A stretch of 64,000 nt of DNA, taken from contig CAIXSY010000024.1 in the NCBI GenBank assembly GCA_903922175.1, forward strand, positions 634 to 64,633, given 5' to 3'. Below are positions 8,425 through 17,969 of the stretch, one piece after another; within the stretch, counting starts at the first letter, position 1; every line of letters starts with the position of its first letter. Position numbers and translations under genes: made by a program. Origin of the DNA: an uncultured delta proteobacterium (GTDB taxonomy: Bacteria > Bdellovibrionota_C > UBA2361 > CAIXSY01). Under the pieces are notes generated by a model, which made no database searches, had not been told where the DNA came from, and saw only the letters and a list, made by a program, of their open reading frames with translations.

Positions 8425-8726
8425 GCACTCATAAATTACACTTTTTTGAGGCCATAGTCAACGTTTTGCTGTATTCTGGCAATTGCATATTATTTCTGCC
8501 AAAAGAGTGCTGACGAGTTTCTTTTCCAGTACCTACTCTTCGGAGAAAGTGCTTGAAAGTTCTCTTCTCAGCTAGCCAATAATACAGCCTATTCAGAGGT
8601 CGCTTGGCAGGAGTGCCTGGTGTTGAGTGAGAACCATACTGGGGTGATACAGTTGAGTATTAGGCCTAGCGTTTCCATACCCCGTGCAGTATCTATTTCT
8701 AAGGATTTTAGTATGTTGGAGTTGAA

Positions 8727-9545
8727 ATGAAGAGCAAGAAGAAAGGTTCTCGTGGGCCGCGTAAGGTGTCCGGGCGGGTGCGTAAGACGCCGAAAGTCAA
8801 GCGCCGCGCAGGTGCTCCGGCTAAATCAGTGGACTCGCGCTACATTCCACGTAGCGTTCGACGCAAGCACCTTGATAGTCGGCTACAGTCTCTGTATCAG
8901 CGCGCCGTGATCCTCGAAAAGGCACTTATTGACCTAGAGGAGAATCGCTTCTATCGCACCTGCGTGTTCGGCAGCGCTCGTATTAAACCGGATACCGTGG
9001 CTTACAACGAAGTTTACCAACTCGCACGGCTCCTGGCCTGCGAAGGCGTCGATGTGTTGACTGGGGGCGGCCCAGGCCTTATGGATGCGGCAAATAAGGG
9101 AGCTCAGCAGGGAAGGGAGGATAAAAAAACCAAGACCCTCTCCTATGGTATTTCGATTCGCGGCGGCTTCGAGCGCGAGACTAATACCCACATTGACGTC
9201 AAACGGCACCATCAAAAGTTCTCATCAAGGCTTGATGACTTCATGCGCCTATCACAGTCCGTCGTTATTACCCCGGGGGGCATCGGGACATTGCTGGAGC
9301 TATTCTTTACGTGGCAGCTTATCCAGGTAAAGCATATCAGCTATCGGCCCATAGTATTCTTGAATAAAAAGTTTTGGAGCGGCGTTATCGATTGGATGCG
9401 CGCCGTGCCCCTGGCCAATGAGCTGATGAGCCCGCACGATTTCGACTGTATCTCGATTGTCGATACGCCGGAGGAGGTGGCTGCGATCATCGCGGCTCAT
9501 CATCGGGAGTTTTTGGAGAAGAATAAGGTGAATCCTTCGGCTTAG
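8727..9545 (+). CDS. LOG-family (TIGR00730-type) Rossmann-fold nucleotide-binding protein with a basic N-terminal extension
   Basis: The GGGPGLMDAANKGA and PGGIGTLLELF motifs are present. The first ~50 aa are Lys/Arg-rich. Confidence 0.85.
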   Translation: MKSKKKGSRGPRKVSGRVRKTPKVKRRAGAPAKSVDSRYIPRSVRRKHLDSRLQSLYQRAVILEKALIDLEENRFYRTCVFGSARIKPDTVAYNEVYQLARLLACEGVDVLTGGGPGLMDAANKGAQQGREDKKTKTLSYGISIRGGFERETNTHIDVKRHHQKFSSRLDDFMRLSQSVVITPGGIGTLLELFFTWQLIQVKHISYRPIVFLNKKFWSGVIDWMRAVPLANELMSPHDFDCISIVDTPEEVAAIIAAHHREFLEKNKVNPSA

Positions 9546-9602
9546 TTCTTCCGCAAGTGGACCTTTTAGTTTAAAGAGTACTTGTGGCAGAGTGCCGGGA
9601 CT

Positions 9603-10721
9603 ATGTCTAAAGCAATTCATACGCGGTTGAGTATTATTTGTCTGGGGATTTTTTCCGCGCTCATGCTCGTAGAAGGCTCGTTTCGCATCGGCGCTCTCTG
9701 GACACCACCTGCGCCTTCGGAACTTTACGCGAAATCTCTGCTCTACGATTCGTCGATATTTTCGCGACATGTGCTTCAGCCAGGTCCGCGTGAGGTTGAA
9801 ATCCAGCAATCGCCCCAAATTCGTTATCGCATTAATAGCCTCGGATATCGTGGACCAGACTTCCTGGAGGTCAAATCCCCGGGTCGAACGAGAGTAATGA
9901 TATATGGGGGATCTGCTGTTTTTGATGTTACGGCCAATGAAGAGCAAGATTGGCCCCATAAAGTTGGTCGTATCCTCCGGGAGAGAGGGCATGGCGATGT
10001 TGAAGTTATTAACGCTGGGACACCAGGACATGCTTCCTTTGACAATTTAGGAACCTACTTGACCGAGGGACACTCTTTAGGATCGGATTATGTGCTCCTG
10101 ATGAATGAGTGGAATGATATTAAGAGCTTTGGAAACGACGGAAGTCTTCTTCGGTCGATGAAGCCGTATGATCCGTATCACAACCCTTTTATTTATTCCC
10201 AAGGTGCCGTGGACGGATTCTTGGCTGAGCACGTGCTCCTCTATCGCTTTATTCGTGGGAGTCTCATTATCTCTTCTCGATCTGAATTTAACAGCGAAGG
10301 CGAGTTGTTGCGCCAGCCTGGCGTGGCTGGGCATATTTCTGCGCGTGCATTAGCGCAGTTCAAGCTTACGGTTGCAAGCTTTGTCGATGCCGTTAGAAAC
10401 GGTGGGGCAGAGGCTATTTTGGTAACAGAGCCTCACTTGCCTCGCCCCGATAATGAAGCCGTGGCGCGTGCAAAGATTCGCTATGATTACGTAGGGATGA
10501 GCCCTGAAGTGCTCTGCCAGGCGTTTGACGAGGCAGAGGGGGTTGTAAAGGACCTGGCCCATCAGAAAAATGTACCTTTAGTTGATTCCTCTTTGGAGAT
10601 GTCCGGTCGAGAGCAATATTTTGCTGATCATGTCCACCTAACCCCGTTGGGATCGTCTACGATGGCTGTTTTTGTTGCGGATCGGCTGGAGCTTATCTTG
10701 GGTCATCGGGTGGGGCGCTAG
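9603..10721 (+). CDS. Membrane-anchored SGNH/GDSL-family hydrolase (paralogue 1 of 5)
   Basis: I use the ATG at 9603, because track position 9582 is a TTG. The N-terminal hydrophobic helix is LSIICLGIFSALMLVEG. SGNH blocks are MIYGGSAVFD, VINAGTPGHAS and DHVHLTPLG. Confidence 0.7.
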   Translation: MSKAIHTRLSIICLGIFSALMLVEGSFRIGALWTPPAPSELYAKSLLYDSSIFSRHVLQPGPREVEIQQSPQIRYRINSLGYRGPDFLEVKSPGRTRVMIYGGSAVFDVTANEEQDWPHKVGRILRERGHGDVEVINAGTPGHASFDNLGTYLTEGHSLGSDYVLLMNEWNDIKSFGNDGSLLRSMKPYDPYHNPFIYSQGAVDGFLAEHVLLYRFIRGSLIISSRSEFNSEGELLRQPGVAGHISARALAQFKLTVASFVDAVRNGGAEAILVTEPHLPRPDNEAVARAKIRYDYVGMSPEVLCQAFDEAEGVVKDLAHQKNVPLVDSSLEMSGREQYFADHVHLTPLGSSTMAVFVADRLELILGHRVGR

Positions 10722-10722
10722 T

Positions 10723-11004
10723 TCAGTGCTTATATCCCACAATCCACAGCAGCATGAGTTTCGCCCATTCCTGGTACGTGTTGTGGTTAACGCGGCGCTT
10801 TGCTTGTACCAATTTGTCCAAAGAGTCCTGCTCGAAGTTGCCACGAGAAATGCCGAGAAGCTCGGCCTGTAGCATTTTAATCGACTCTGTCGTCTCGCAC
10901 TCAATAAAGCCTTCGACTGCTTTCTGATCGGAGATACCCGCGCTGCCGTAATTGTCGACCCAGTACTTGATCTGTTTAAATATTGGCCGCTCTCTACCGG
11001 CCAT
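10723..11004 (-). CDS. Hypothetical small protein translationally coupled to galU
   Basis: 93 aa with no family recognised. Its ATG overlaps the galU stop (TAATG). Confidence 0.4.
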   Translation of the reverse strand: MAGRERPIFKQIKYWVDNYGSAGISDQKAVEGFIECETTESIKMLQAELLGISRGNFEQDSLDKLVQAKRRVNHNTYQEWAKLMLLWIVGYKH

Positions 11005-11897
11005 TAGCCCTCCTTTTTCGTCTGGGCTAGGACCTCACGCATGTAGGCCAAGAGTTTTGGGCGAATGTCTGGGCGTTTTAAGGCATAGGCGACATTCGCT
11101 TGCAGGAACCCAAACTTGTCGCCAGCATCATAGCGCTGCCCTTCAAACTGGAGCCCCAAAAAGCCGTCGCGCCGCATTAAGGTGGCCATGGCGTCAGTGA
11201 TCTGGATTTCACCACCTTTGCCCGGCGCTTGCTTCTCTAGAATGTCGAAAATCGCGGGAGTGAGGATATATCTACCGACGATGGCGCTGTGAGATGGGGC
11301 CTCGGCGAGTTTGGGCTTCTCCACCATGGCGGAGATCTCCATAATCCTATCGGTCATCATCTTGCCGCCACAGATACCGAATTTGGGAACGTCTTCATCT
11401 GAGACCTCCCATAGACCCACAACGGACTTGCCATATTCCTGGTATACATCCAACATCTGCTTCGTGCAGGGGACCTTGGCATCAACCAGGTCGTCGCCGA
11501 GGAGCACGGCAAAGGGCTCGTCTCCGATTACCTGACGCGCGCAGAGCACGGCGTGTCCAAGGCCACGGGGCGTGCCTTGTCGCACGGAGACGATCTGCAC
11601 CATCGAGCGTACTTTGCGTAGGCAGGCCACGAGGTCGTCTTTCCCCTCTTTCTCAAGTTTAGTTTCGAGGTCGAGGTACTGATCAAAGTGATCTTCGATA
11701 GCCTCTTTGCCGCGCCCCGTGATAAACACGACGGTGTCTATTCCAGCATCCATAACCTCTTGGACGATGTATTGGATGGTTGGGATATCGACAATGGGGA
11801 GGAGCTCTTTCGGCACGGCTTTGGTGGCTGGTAAAAAGCGGGTGCCGAGTCCGGCAGCGGGGATGACAGCTTTGCGTACACGAGGTAAGGTTGGCAT
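11004..11897 (-). CDS. galU: UTP--glucose-1-phosphate uridylyltransferase
   Basis: 297 aa. KAVIPAAGLGTRFLPATKAVPKELLPIVDIPTIQYIVQE, VRQGTPRGLGHAV and VEKP are canonical GalU blocks. Confidence 0.95.
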   Translation of the reverse strand: MPTLPRVRKAVIPAAGLGTRFLPATKAVPKELLPIVDIPTIQYIVQEVMDAGIDTVVFITGRGKEAIEDHFDQYLDLETKLEKEGKDDLVACLRKVRSMVQIVSVRQGTPRGLGHAVLCARQVIGDEPFAVLLGDDLVDAKVPCTKQMLDVYQEYGKSVVGLWEVSDEDVPKFGICGGKMMTDRIMEISAMVEKPKLAEAPSHSAIVGRYILTPAIFDILEKQAPGKGGEIQITDAMATLMRRDGFLGLQFEGQRYDAGDKFGFLQANVAYALKRPDIRPKLLAYMREVLAQTKKEG

Positions 11898-11913
11898 GGA
11901 AACTCCTCTAAAG

Positions 11914-12100
11914 TGAGTAATTGCTCATTAAGTGTGGGTAACCCTTTCCTAGTCCTGGTTTTGGTCGTGGTCCTAAATCCTGGTCATTGTCAATTGGTCA
12001 ATGTTTTCGGCCAAGAAGAACTAAGACAATGACTGAAGACCAGAACCAAGACCAGGACCAAGATCGAGGCGCTTACGCCCGAGGTTAATGCAACTACTAA
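11914..12100. repeat. Copy A of a dispersed long-hairpin repeat with hexamer periodicity
   Basis: The outer arm GTAATTGCTCATTAAGTGTGGG (11917-11938) pairs with CCCGAGGTTAATGCAACTAC. The inner arms are TCCTGG/TTTTGG/TCGTGG hexamers versus GACCAG/AACCAA/GACCAG/GACCAA. The asymmetric core is TCAATTGGTCAATGTTTTCGGCCAAGAA (11990-12017). It lies in the divergent intergenic region between galU and the first GT-C gene. Confidence 0.7.
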
Positions 12101-12177
12101 GATATTTGTCAGCTGGATGAACTTATACTTGATTTTGGTGGAGATCGCCAGTTGCCGAAATCTCGGTATGGGCAGTT

Positions 12178-13794
12178 TTGAAGGTCTGCGTGAAGTCGAT
12201 TATTGAAGCAATTCGTCAACATCGTCGACATTGGTCGGCGGAGATCGTTACCGCCCTCATGTGGGCAATATACTGTTCTGTCGCGATGTTCCTGCCGTGG
12301 AAGCACTCTCCAGATGGGAATGTGTATTATCTTGTTACACTACGTATCTTGCAGGGAAATTTTACCGAGTCGATAGACGGAGTTTTTTCGCCTCTTCTTT
12401 CCTGGTTCATGGTAATCCCTAGCTTGTTTGGGACAGCTCTGCCGGATGCGTACAGGATCGTTAACTGCCTTGCCTTTGGAGTTCTGCTTTGGGCGACATC
12501 TTCGCTTAGCAAAAAGTTCAAGTTTTCACCTCTGTTGCACGGTCTTATCCTTGTTCTTACGACGCTTGAGTGCGCCTATCTTAGTCTGAGGCTGATCACC
12601 TCTGACCTTCTTGCCGCCGGATTGGTTGTATTGTTCGTTGATGGCCTTGTTGCTGACCAGCAGGGGGCGCGGCGCACAAAGTGGTACAGCTATTCGGTTC
12701 TTATCTCGCTGGTGTACCTAGCCAAAGCGTTTCAGCTCCCCATCATCCTGGGAAGCCTCATAGCTTCTTGGTTCTTTGTGCTCCGCCGTGGAGCTGGTGA
12801 GTTTGCACGCCCCACATGGATAGTTTGTATAATCGTAATGGCCTTAGCCTTATGTGCCCCTTGGGTGGCAGTACTAAGCGTCAAATATGGAGCTTTTACT
12901 CTTAGCGCGCAGCAATTCATCTATCACCGACAGCTGCCGCTTGAGTACTCTCCGTTTAACCAGCCTGTACTCGCCGCTGGAGCAGATAGTCGTCACCTCG
13001 CGGTAGTTGCTGCTCCCTCGCTTTTAAGTGAAAGTCTAAGGCGCATTGTTGTAGGGACTACCGAACTGCGCCGTGGAGCGACAACAGCGGTCTTCGGCGA
13101 TGTCGGGCTGTGGTTTTTTATCGGGATGTTGTTCATATCCGCCGTAGCGGCGAGTAGGGCATCCGAGCAGGCGGCCGAATGCAGACTTCTATGGATCTTC
13201 GCCGTCGTCCCCTTTGTTTTCTACCTGCCCATTTGGGGTGGAAGCTTACGCTATTATTTCCCGTCGCTGCCGCTTCTGAATCTATTGGTTGTTCGTGCCA
13301 TATCTCAGACTGATGCCGTCATTCGTCTATGGCGGGTAACCGCTCCCAATCGAGTTCGCTGGGGGGCGGTGATGGCTTACAGGGCGTTAGTCTCAATTAC
13401 GATCATAGGGATCGTGTACCAAAGCGTATCCTTGGTTGTTCGTGATTGGAGTAGCACCTCCGACCACGTCGTCAAGTGGGCCGCTAATTTGCCCGAACTT
13501 CGCGACGGGGCGGGGACGATTGCGGGGTTTGAAGTCAGTGATCCATATCCGTCACTTATTGCCGCTGTGCTTGGACGGCCGATGTGGTTGTATGTTGGGC
13601 TGCATATGCAGGACGCCCCTCGTAGACTGCAGGAGCTACTTGCGCGTGAGACAATTTCTCAAGTGGTCGTTAGTGGTGGGCGCAATACGCATCTCGAGGA
13701 GGTGCCAGGCATTGAGTTTATAGGTGTTTTCTCGCAGCCATCGTACTCCTTTGCACTTTACCATTTTGGCCCCTCTCCGGCGGAGATAAAATGA
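12178..13794 (+). CDS. Polytopic membrane protein, putative GT-C-fold glycosyltransferase
   Basis: 538 aa, hydrophobic throughout with many helix-length segments. It shares an ATGA overlap with the next GT-C-like gene. The start is non-ATG (TTG 12178 or GTG 12190). The family call comes from context and topology only. Confidence 0.45.
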   Translation: MKVCVKSIIEAIRQHRRHWSAEIVTALMWAIYCSVAMFLPWKHSPDGNVYYLVTLRILQGNFTESIDGVFSPLLSWFMVIPSLFGTALPDAYRIVNCLAFGVLLWATSSLSKKFKFSPLLHGLILVLTTLECAYLSLRLITSDLLAAGLVVLFVDGLVADQQGARRTKWYSYSVLISLVYLAKAFQLPIILGSLIASWFFVLRRGAGEFARPTWIVCIIVMALALCAPWVAVLSVKYGAFTLSAQQFIYHRQLPLEYSPFNQPVLAAGADSRHLAVVAAPSLLSESLRRIVVGTTELRRGATTAVFGDVGLWFFIGMLFISAVAASRASEQAAECRLLWIFAVVPFVFYLPIWGGSLRYYFPSLPLLNLLVVRAISQTDAVIRLWRVTAPNRVRWGAVMAYRALVSITIIGIVYQSVSLVVRDWSSTSDHVVKWAANLPELRDGAGTIAGFEVSDPYPSLIAAVLGRPMWLYVGLHMQDAPRRLQELLARETISQVVVSGGRNTHLEEVPGIEFIGVFSQPSYSFALYHFGPSPAEIK

Positions 13795-15218
13795 ACAACA
13801 TTCGTCGCGGGCTAATCCAACTTATATGCGTGGCGGTTGGAGCGTTCTACTTCTGGCTGCTTTATCGAGTTTTGTCCTTCGCCCCGATTAACCCGGATGC
13901 TGGTTACTACCTCTCGGTAGTAGAAAGAGTTCGGGAGGGCCTCGTTCCGTATCGCGATTTTAGGCTTCACTATACTCCGCTCGGGATCTACCTATTGGGA
14001 TGGGGGGCGAATCTGTTGGGAGGTGGTGTCCCCAGCTATGTGGCGTACGTGGAAAGTATGCTTGTGGCGCAGATTCTCTGTTTGATCCTTACCTTCGTCA
14101 TACTTCGCCGTCTGGGATTACCTAAAGTTTCAGCCGCGTTGGCAGCGTTTACGCAAGGTTGTATCTTTATATACTACCAGGGATCTTTCATCGAATTAGA
14201 GCCCTATGTGCTGCTTTTCACCCTCGGCACTATCTATGTCTGCCTTTCTGACGTTGCCCTGTCTCGACGATGCTTTTACGCCGGCTTGTTTGCCGCGCTG
14301 GCTTTTTTGTCTAAGCAGTATGGAGTTGCTGCGCTCGCATCTTCATCTGTTCTCCTTCTTCCAGCCGGGAGTATTTTGGCCAGACTGCGAAGGGGTGCTC
14401 TTATTGCGCTTGGATTTATTTTGCCATTGTTTTTTGCCCTCACGTATTATTGTGTGATCGCGGAGACGTCACTCTCCGCAGTGCTCACGGGTGTTCGGCG
14501 TGCAGACCTAAAATTCGTGCTTAATGAGCCATGGAATTTGACGGCATGGGGGATCGAATGGAGCGTAGCCATTGTTGTTATTATCGCTGCATTCGTGCGT
14601 GCGCAGGCTAAGCAGAGACTTGTGTTCTCAACTCTTGCGCTTGCTGCGTTAAGCTTTGTACCGCAGTTTATGGTGAGGCAGTCGCTGCACTACTTTATGC
14701 TTCCCTCCGCCCCATTGTTTATTTTGGCAGTATATGCGGCGTTTACCCTGATGCAGAAATTTAGAGTGGCTAAAGCGCGACTTCTTTTATGCGGGTTTTC
14801 TCTCTGGTGTGCGATGTTCGTGCTCCTGGCTGGTCAAGAGGTGTTGTCGTTTGGGGATGGCTCATCGAGGCGTCATCAGCTCAAAGAGGGGGAGGAGTTG
14901 CGTGCGCTTTTACCTGTCGAGAGCCGAGCACTTTTAATCGCCGATCCTATGTTTTTTTACACGGCACAACTGCGAAGCTTTAACGAGCTTGGGGTGGGCT
15001 ATGATTATCCAGGGCTTCACTCGGGGACGACGATAGCTGCTTGGGTTCAGGCGGCAACGACTGTGGTTGTCGACCGCGCCGATACTCTATTCTATCAACG
15101 GGTGGAAGAGGAGCTTATGAAGAACGGGGACACGCTGAGCGGTCTGCTAGAGCGGGAAGGATTTGAACAAACGGTGAGTATGCGGCAGGGAGAGGTGGAG
15201 ATTTGGCGGAGGGGATGA
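13791..15218 (+). CDS. GT-C-fold membrane glycosyltransferase (DUF2029/GT87-like)
   Basis: 475 aa. The first loop NPDAGYYLSVVERVREGLVPYRDFRLHYTPLG resembles the D..Y...G..PY.DF..YPP loop of DUF2029/GT87 enzymes. The remainder is polytopic. Confidence 0.6.
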   Translation: MNNIRRGLIQLICVAVGAFYFWLLYRVLSFAPINPDAGYYLSVVERVREGLVPYRDFRLHYTPLGIYLLGWGANLLGGGVPSYVAYVESMLVAQILCLILTFVILRRLGLPKVSAALAAFTQGCIFIYYQGSFIELEPYVLLFTLGTIYVCLSDVALSRRCFYAGLFAALAFLSKQYGVAALASSSVLLLPAGSILARLRRGALIALGFILPLFFALTYYCVIAETSLSAVLTGVRRADLKFVLNEPWNLTAWGIEWSVAIVVIIAAFVRAQAKQRLVFSTLALAALSFVPQFMVRQSLHYFMLPSAPLFILAVYAAFTLMQKFRVAKARLLLCGFSLWCAMFVLLAGQEVLSFGDGSSRRHQLKEGEELRALLPVESRALLIADPMFFYTAQLRSFNELGVGYDYPGLHSGTTIAAWVQAATTVVVDRADTLFYQRVEEELMKNGDTLSGLLEREGFEQTVSMRQGEVEIWRRG

Positions 15219-15301
15219 AAGTAGAATACGACGGCGATGCTGCGGTGCCAGGACGGAAGGGGCAAAGGATGACTTGACTGCCGAAACGATCTGACCGTTT
15301 C

Positions 15302-16477
15302 TTAGCGCAGAAATGAGGGTTGATCCGCTAGTCGGCTACAGACAACATCGGCGATCTTCTGAGCAACCACCCTACTACCTCTATCGTTATAATGACTCGT
15401 ATCTAGGTACACAGGGCTAGCTACCGTAGCAAGGGAATCTTTAATGTCATGGAAGTTAGCCGTAGATATTGCCGCACAACTCGCTAGTGCTTGGAAGAGC
15501 CCAGAGGCTTTTTCTCGGTCGCCATACTTAAGCTCTTTCTCCAAAAAACGAGTGGGCTGAAGAAAAAAGAAAGGCAGGATTGCCTCGACCGTTGAGAGTG
15601 CGTCAATTCGGGCAATATTGCCTGAATACATCTGACAAATTGCTTCTGGCGAGACGAACTCCTTCGATTGTGTTCGCGGATCCGTGAAGGATAAAAAGCG
15701 ACTTGAAGGGGTGGCGGGGTCCCATAACCTCCCCAGGCGTGAGGGGGGAAAGGCTGGTAGTAACTGTAGCCAGTTGTGCTCAGCACCAGATTCTAGGCGA
15801 GTATAGTTTTCGACAATTTGCTGCACTTTATTGCTTAGTAATGGTTCTTCAAGCCCACGTCCTCCAAGCTCAACGTCATTAAAGCCATCGAGGAAGATCG
15901 CAATATGAGATTTCTCCTTACGTTGAAGTAAGGCGGAAAATAGGACACTCTCCATCGTGCTCCAGTAGTAGGCGTGTCCATAATTTACGACATTAATGTT
16001 TCGCCCTGTGCACTTCGAAAGAAGTTTCTGTAGGTGTGCAGGGATAGTTTCGTTGTCTGGCAGCCCCCAACCAAAAACGCTGGACCCTCCAAACATCCAG
16101 ACGAAAACGGGCTTCTGGTTCTGTTCGAGGTTCGAAGAAGAGTTGGATCTGTAGTTGGAGATTGTATCGTTGATAATGTTTAATGTCTTCCCTGTCCGAG
16201 GACTTTCCTGGAACGTGGCGTAGGGGGAATGGGTGAATGTCATTTCCTTGCCCATGTTGTCAAATTCATTCCAAACCTGCTTTATTGTGTCCTGAGTTAG
16301 GTAGGTGTAATCGGCAGAGCTCCATTTTTTTGAGTATACCGGGCCGCTAAGTTTTCCTATGCTTGCGCCGACGAGATCAAGGGCTCCCTTAATCAAATAA
16401 CAAACCAGTAAGAATAATAGTGTCGTCGTAAGGAGGAGGGTTGCGACGGTCTTATACAGGTGGAGAAAGTTCTTCAT
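15302..16477 (-). CDS. Membrane-anchored SGNH/GDSL-family hydrolase (paralogue 2)
   Basis: The N-terminal helix is LLLTTTLLFLLVCYLI. SGNH blocks are VWMFGGSSVFGWG, VVNYGHAYYWS, FLDGFNDV and YLDTSHYNDRG. Confidence 0.65.
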   Translation of the reverse strand: MKNFLHLYKTVATLLLTTTLLFLLVCYLIKGALDLVGASIGKLSGPVYSKKWSSADYTYLTQDTIKQVWNEFDNMGKEMTFTHSPYATFQESPRTGKTLNIINDTISNYRSNSSSNLEQNQKPVFVWMFGGSSVFGWGLPDNETIPAHLQKLLSKCTGRNINVVNYGHAYYWSTMESVLFSALLQRKEKSHIAIFLDGFNDVELGGRGLEEPLLSNKVQQIVENYTRLESGAEHNWLQLLPAFPPSRLGRLWDPATPSSRFLSFTDPRTQSKEFVSPEAICQMYSGNIARIDALSTVEAILPFFFLQPTRFLEKELKYGDREKASGLFQALASCAAISTANFHDIKDSLATVASPVYLDTSHYNDRGSRVVAQKIADVVCSRLADQPSFLR

Positions 16478-16625
16478 ATGGTGAGGATCTAGATAGTGTG
16501 GCGGCCCAATTCCTTTCAGTTCGGCAATTTATTCTTCGGAGATTCTTCCTACTTCGCCTTACGGTAAGTGTGATGTAAAATAAGTCGCAGCGTAATTGTT
16601 CGGTCATTCTGTCGACAGGAACTAA

Positions 16626-17765
16626 TTATATCGCGGAGGAACGATTTTGTGGCAAGTGGTCATCGCCCCCTGACTCGATCCTCTTTTGCCTAACGGCATC
16701 TATGGGTCTTGCGACAAAATAGTAAACGAGAAAGGAGATGATGAGCGTAATAGGAATAACCGTTGCGGCTACCGTGTGGTTAGAGATTCCGATAAAAGTG
16801 ACCACGAGCCAGATAATACTTACATGTATCAAATACACCGGATATGATAGTTCGCCGAGGACGCGATCGACAACCCAAGTTTTGCTCAGGAGGAAAACAT
16901 AGGGAATGCAGGCGCCGAATAGCAACAAAAATCCCCACAATCGTAGCTCTGGCCACTCTCGAAAGAAGTAGGGAAATCCTAATAGGAGAGTTAGTGATAG
17001 AGCGAAGACTTCGCAGAGGCGCAAGTTCGATGGGGGATAGCGCCGAATCCAAACATACCATCGGTATGCCAAGGCACCCCAAACAAAGAGAGCGAGTTCA
17101 TTCGGGAAAAAGCGATGAGCCCAGGGGTCAAACGAGTACCCCGCTGAATACAGCAAGATACGAGTGGCCACACTGGCCATCAAGATTAAGAAGAGTACTG
17201 AGCTTCGGCGAGTCGCAATAGCTGGGGCAATGGCATAGAAGAGCATTTCTATAGAGAGAGACCAGCCCTGAGGCACGACCAGGAGCCGATGTGCAGGAAG
17301 GGCCGCCGCGTGAAAGTTTGTGGTCGGATAAAGTGATCCGGAGATGCTATCGATACCGAGGAACATACTTAAATCCTGACCGAGAATGAAGAGATTCGAC
17401 CACACGGCAAATAACAGCGTGCCGATGCTCATAGGGGAATACAGAGCAATGGGGGTTGTCGGCATCTCTTGAGCGAAGTACCCATGGGTCAGGATCGTCG
17501 CCGCGACGCCAATAAGTAACGCCGCCCAGTACACGGGCAAAAGCCTCAAGAGACGGTTCGAAATGAACAATTGGTAGCAATTTTTCTTATCTGCATACTT
17601 TTCGTTGAGAATGAGGGCCATATAGAAGCCCGAGATCACATAGAAGGTCTGAACGGCGGTCGATCCCGGTAGCAGGGGAAGGTAGAGTATGCCGCCGGAG
17701 TGGCTGGCGACTACCGCGATGGCAAGGATTAGACGAATACATCCCATATAGGTTACACGAATCAC
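16626..17765 (-). CDS. Acyltransferase family 3 (OafA/YrhL-like) integral membrane O-acyltransferase
   Basis: 379 aa and polytopic. RLILAIAVVASHSG and QGWSLSIEMLFYAIAP are typical acyl_transf_3 blocks. The start is GTG 17765 or ATG 17747. Confidence 0.85.
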   Translation of the reverse strand: MIRVTYMGCIRLILAIAVVASHSGGILYLPLLPGSTAVQTFYVISGFYMALILNEKYADKKNCYQLFISNRLLRLLPVYWAALLIGVAATILTHGYFAQEMPTTPIALYSPMSIGTLLFAVWSNLFILGQDLSMFLGIDSISGSLYPTTNFHAAALPAHRLLVVPQGWSLSIEMLFYAIAPAIATRRSSVLFLILMASVATRILLYSAGYSFDPWAHRFFPNELALFVWGALAYRWYVWIRRYPPSNLRLCEVFALSLTLLLGFPYFFREWPELRLWGFLLLFGACIPYVFLLSKTWVVDRVLGELSYPVYLIHVSIIWLVVTFIGISNHTVAATVIPITLIISFLVYYFVARPIDAVRQKRIESGGDDHLPQNRSSAI

Positions 17766-17969
17766 AGAAGATTACTGGCACGTTTTTACCATACTCCTGT
17801 TCTATGGGTAAATGGAGTCAATGGCCCCTTAGTGAGAAGAAGATTGGTATTTCGGGAGCCTCTACCCTAGATATGTATTTTGCTTATTTGCAGATTTCCG
17901 TGCTAATCGTTTACTTGACGCAAGTATAGGGGTCTGCCAGCCGTACCTCAACTGATCCGACACGACCAA

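Noticed and set aside
11914-12100. The idea that the hairpin repeats are integron attC sites or CRISPR-like repeats.
   Set aside because: No integron integrase or cas genes are present. The ends do not fit RYYYAAC/GTTRRRY well (GTTAATG, GTTATTG). The hexamer tracts are contiguous, without unique spacers.
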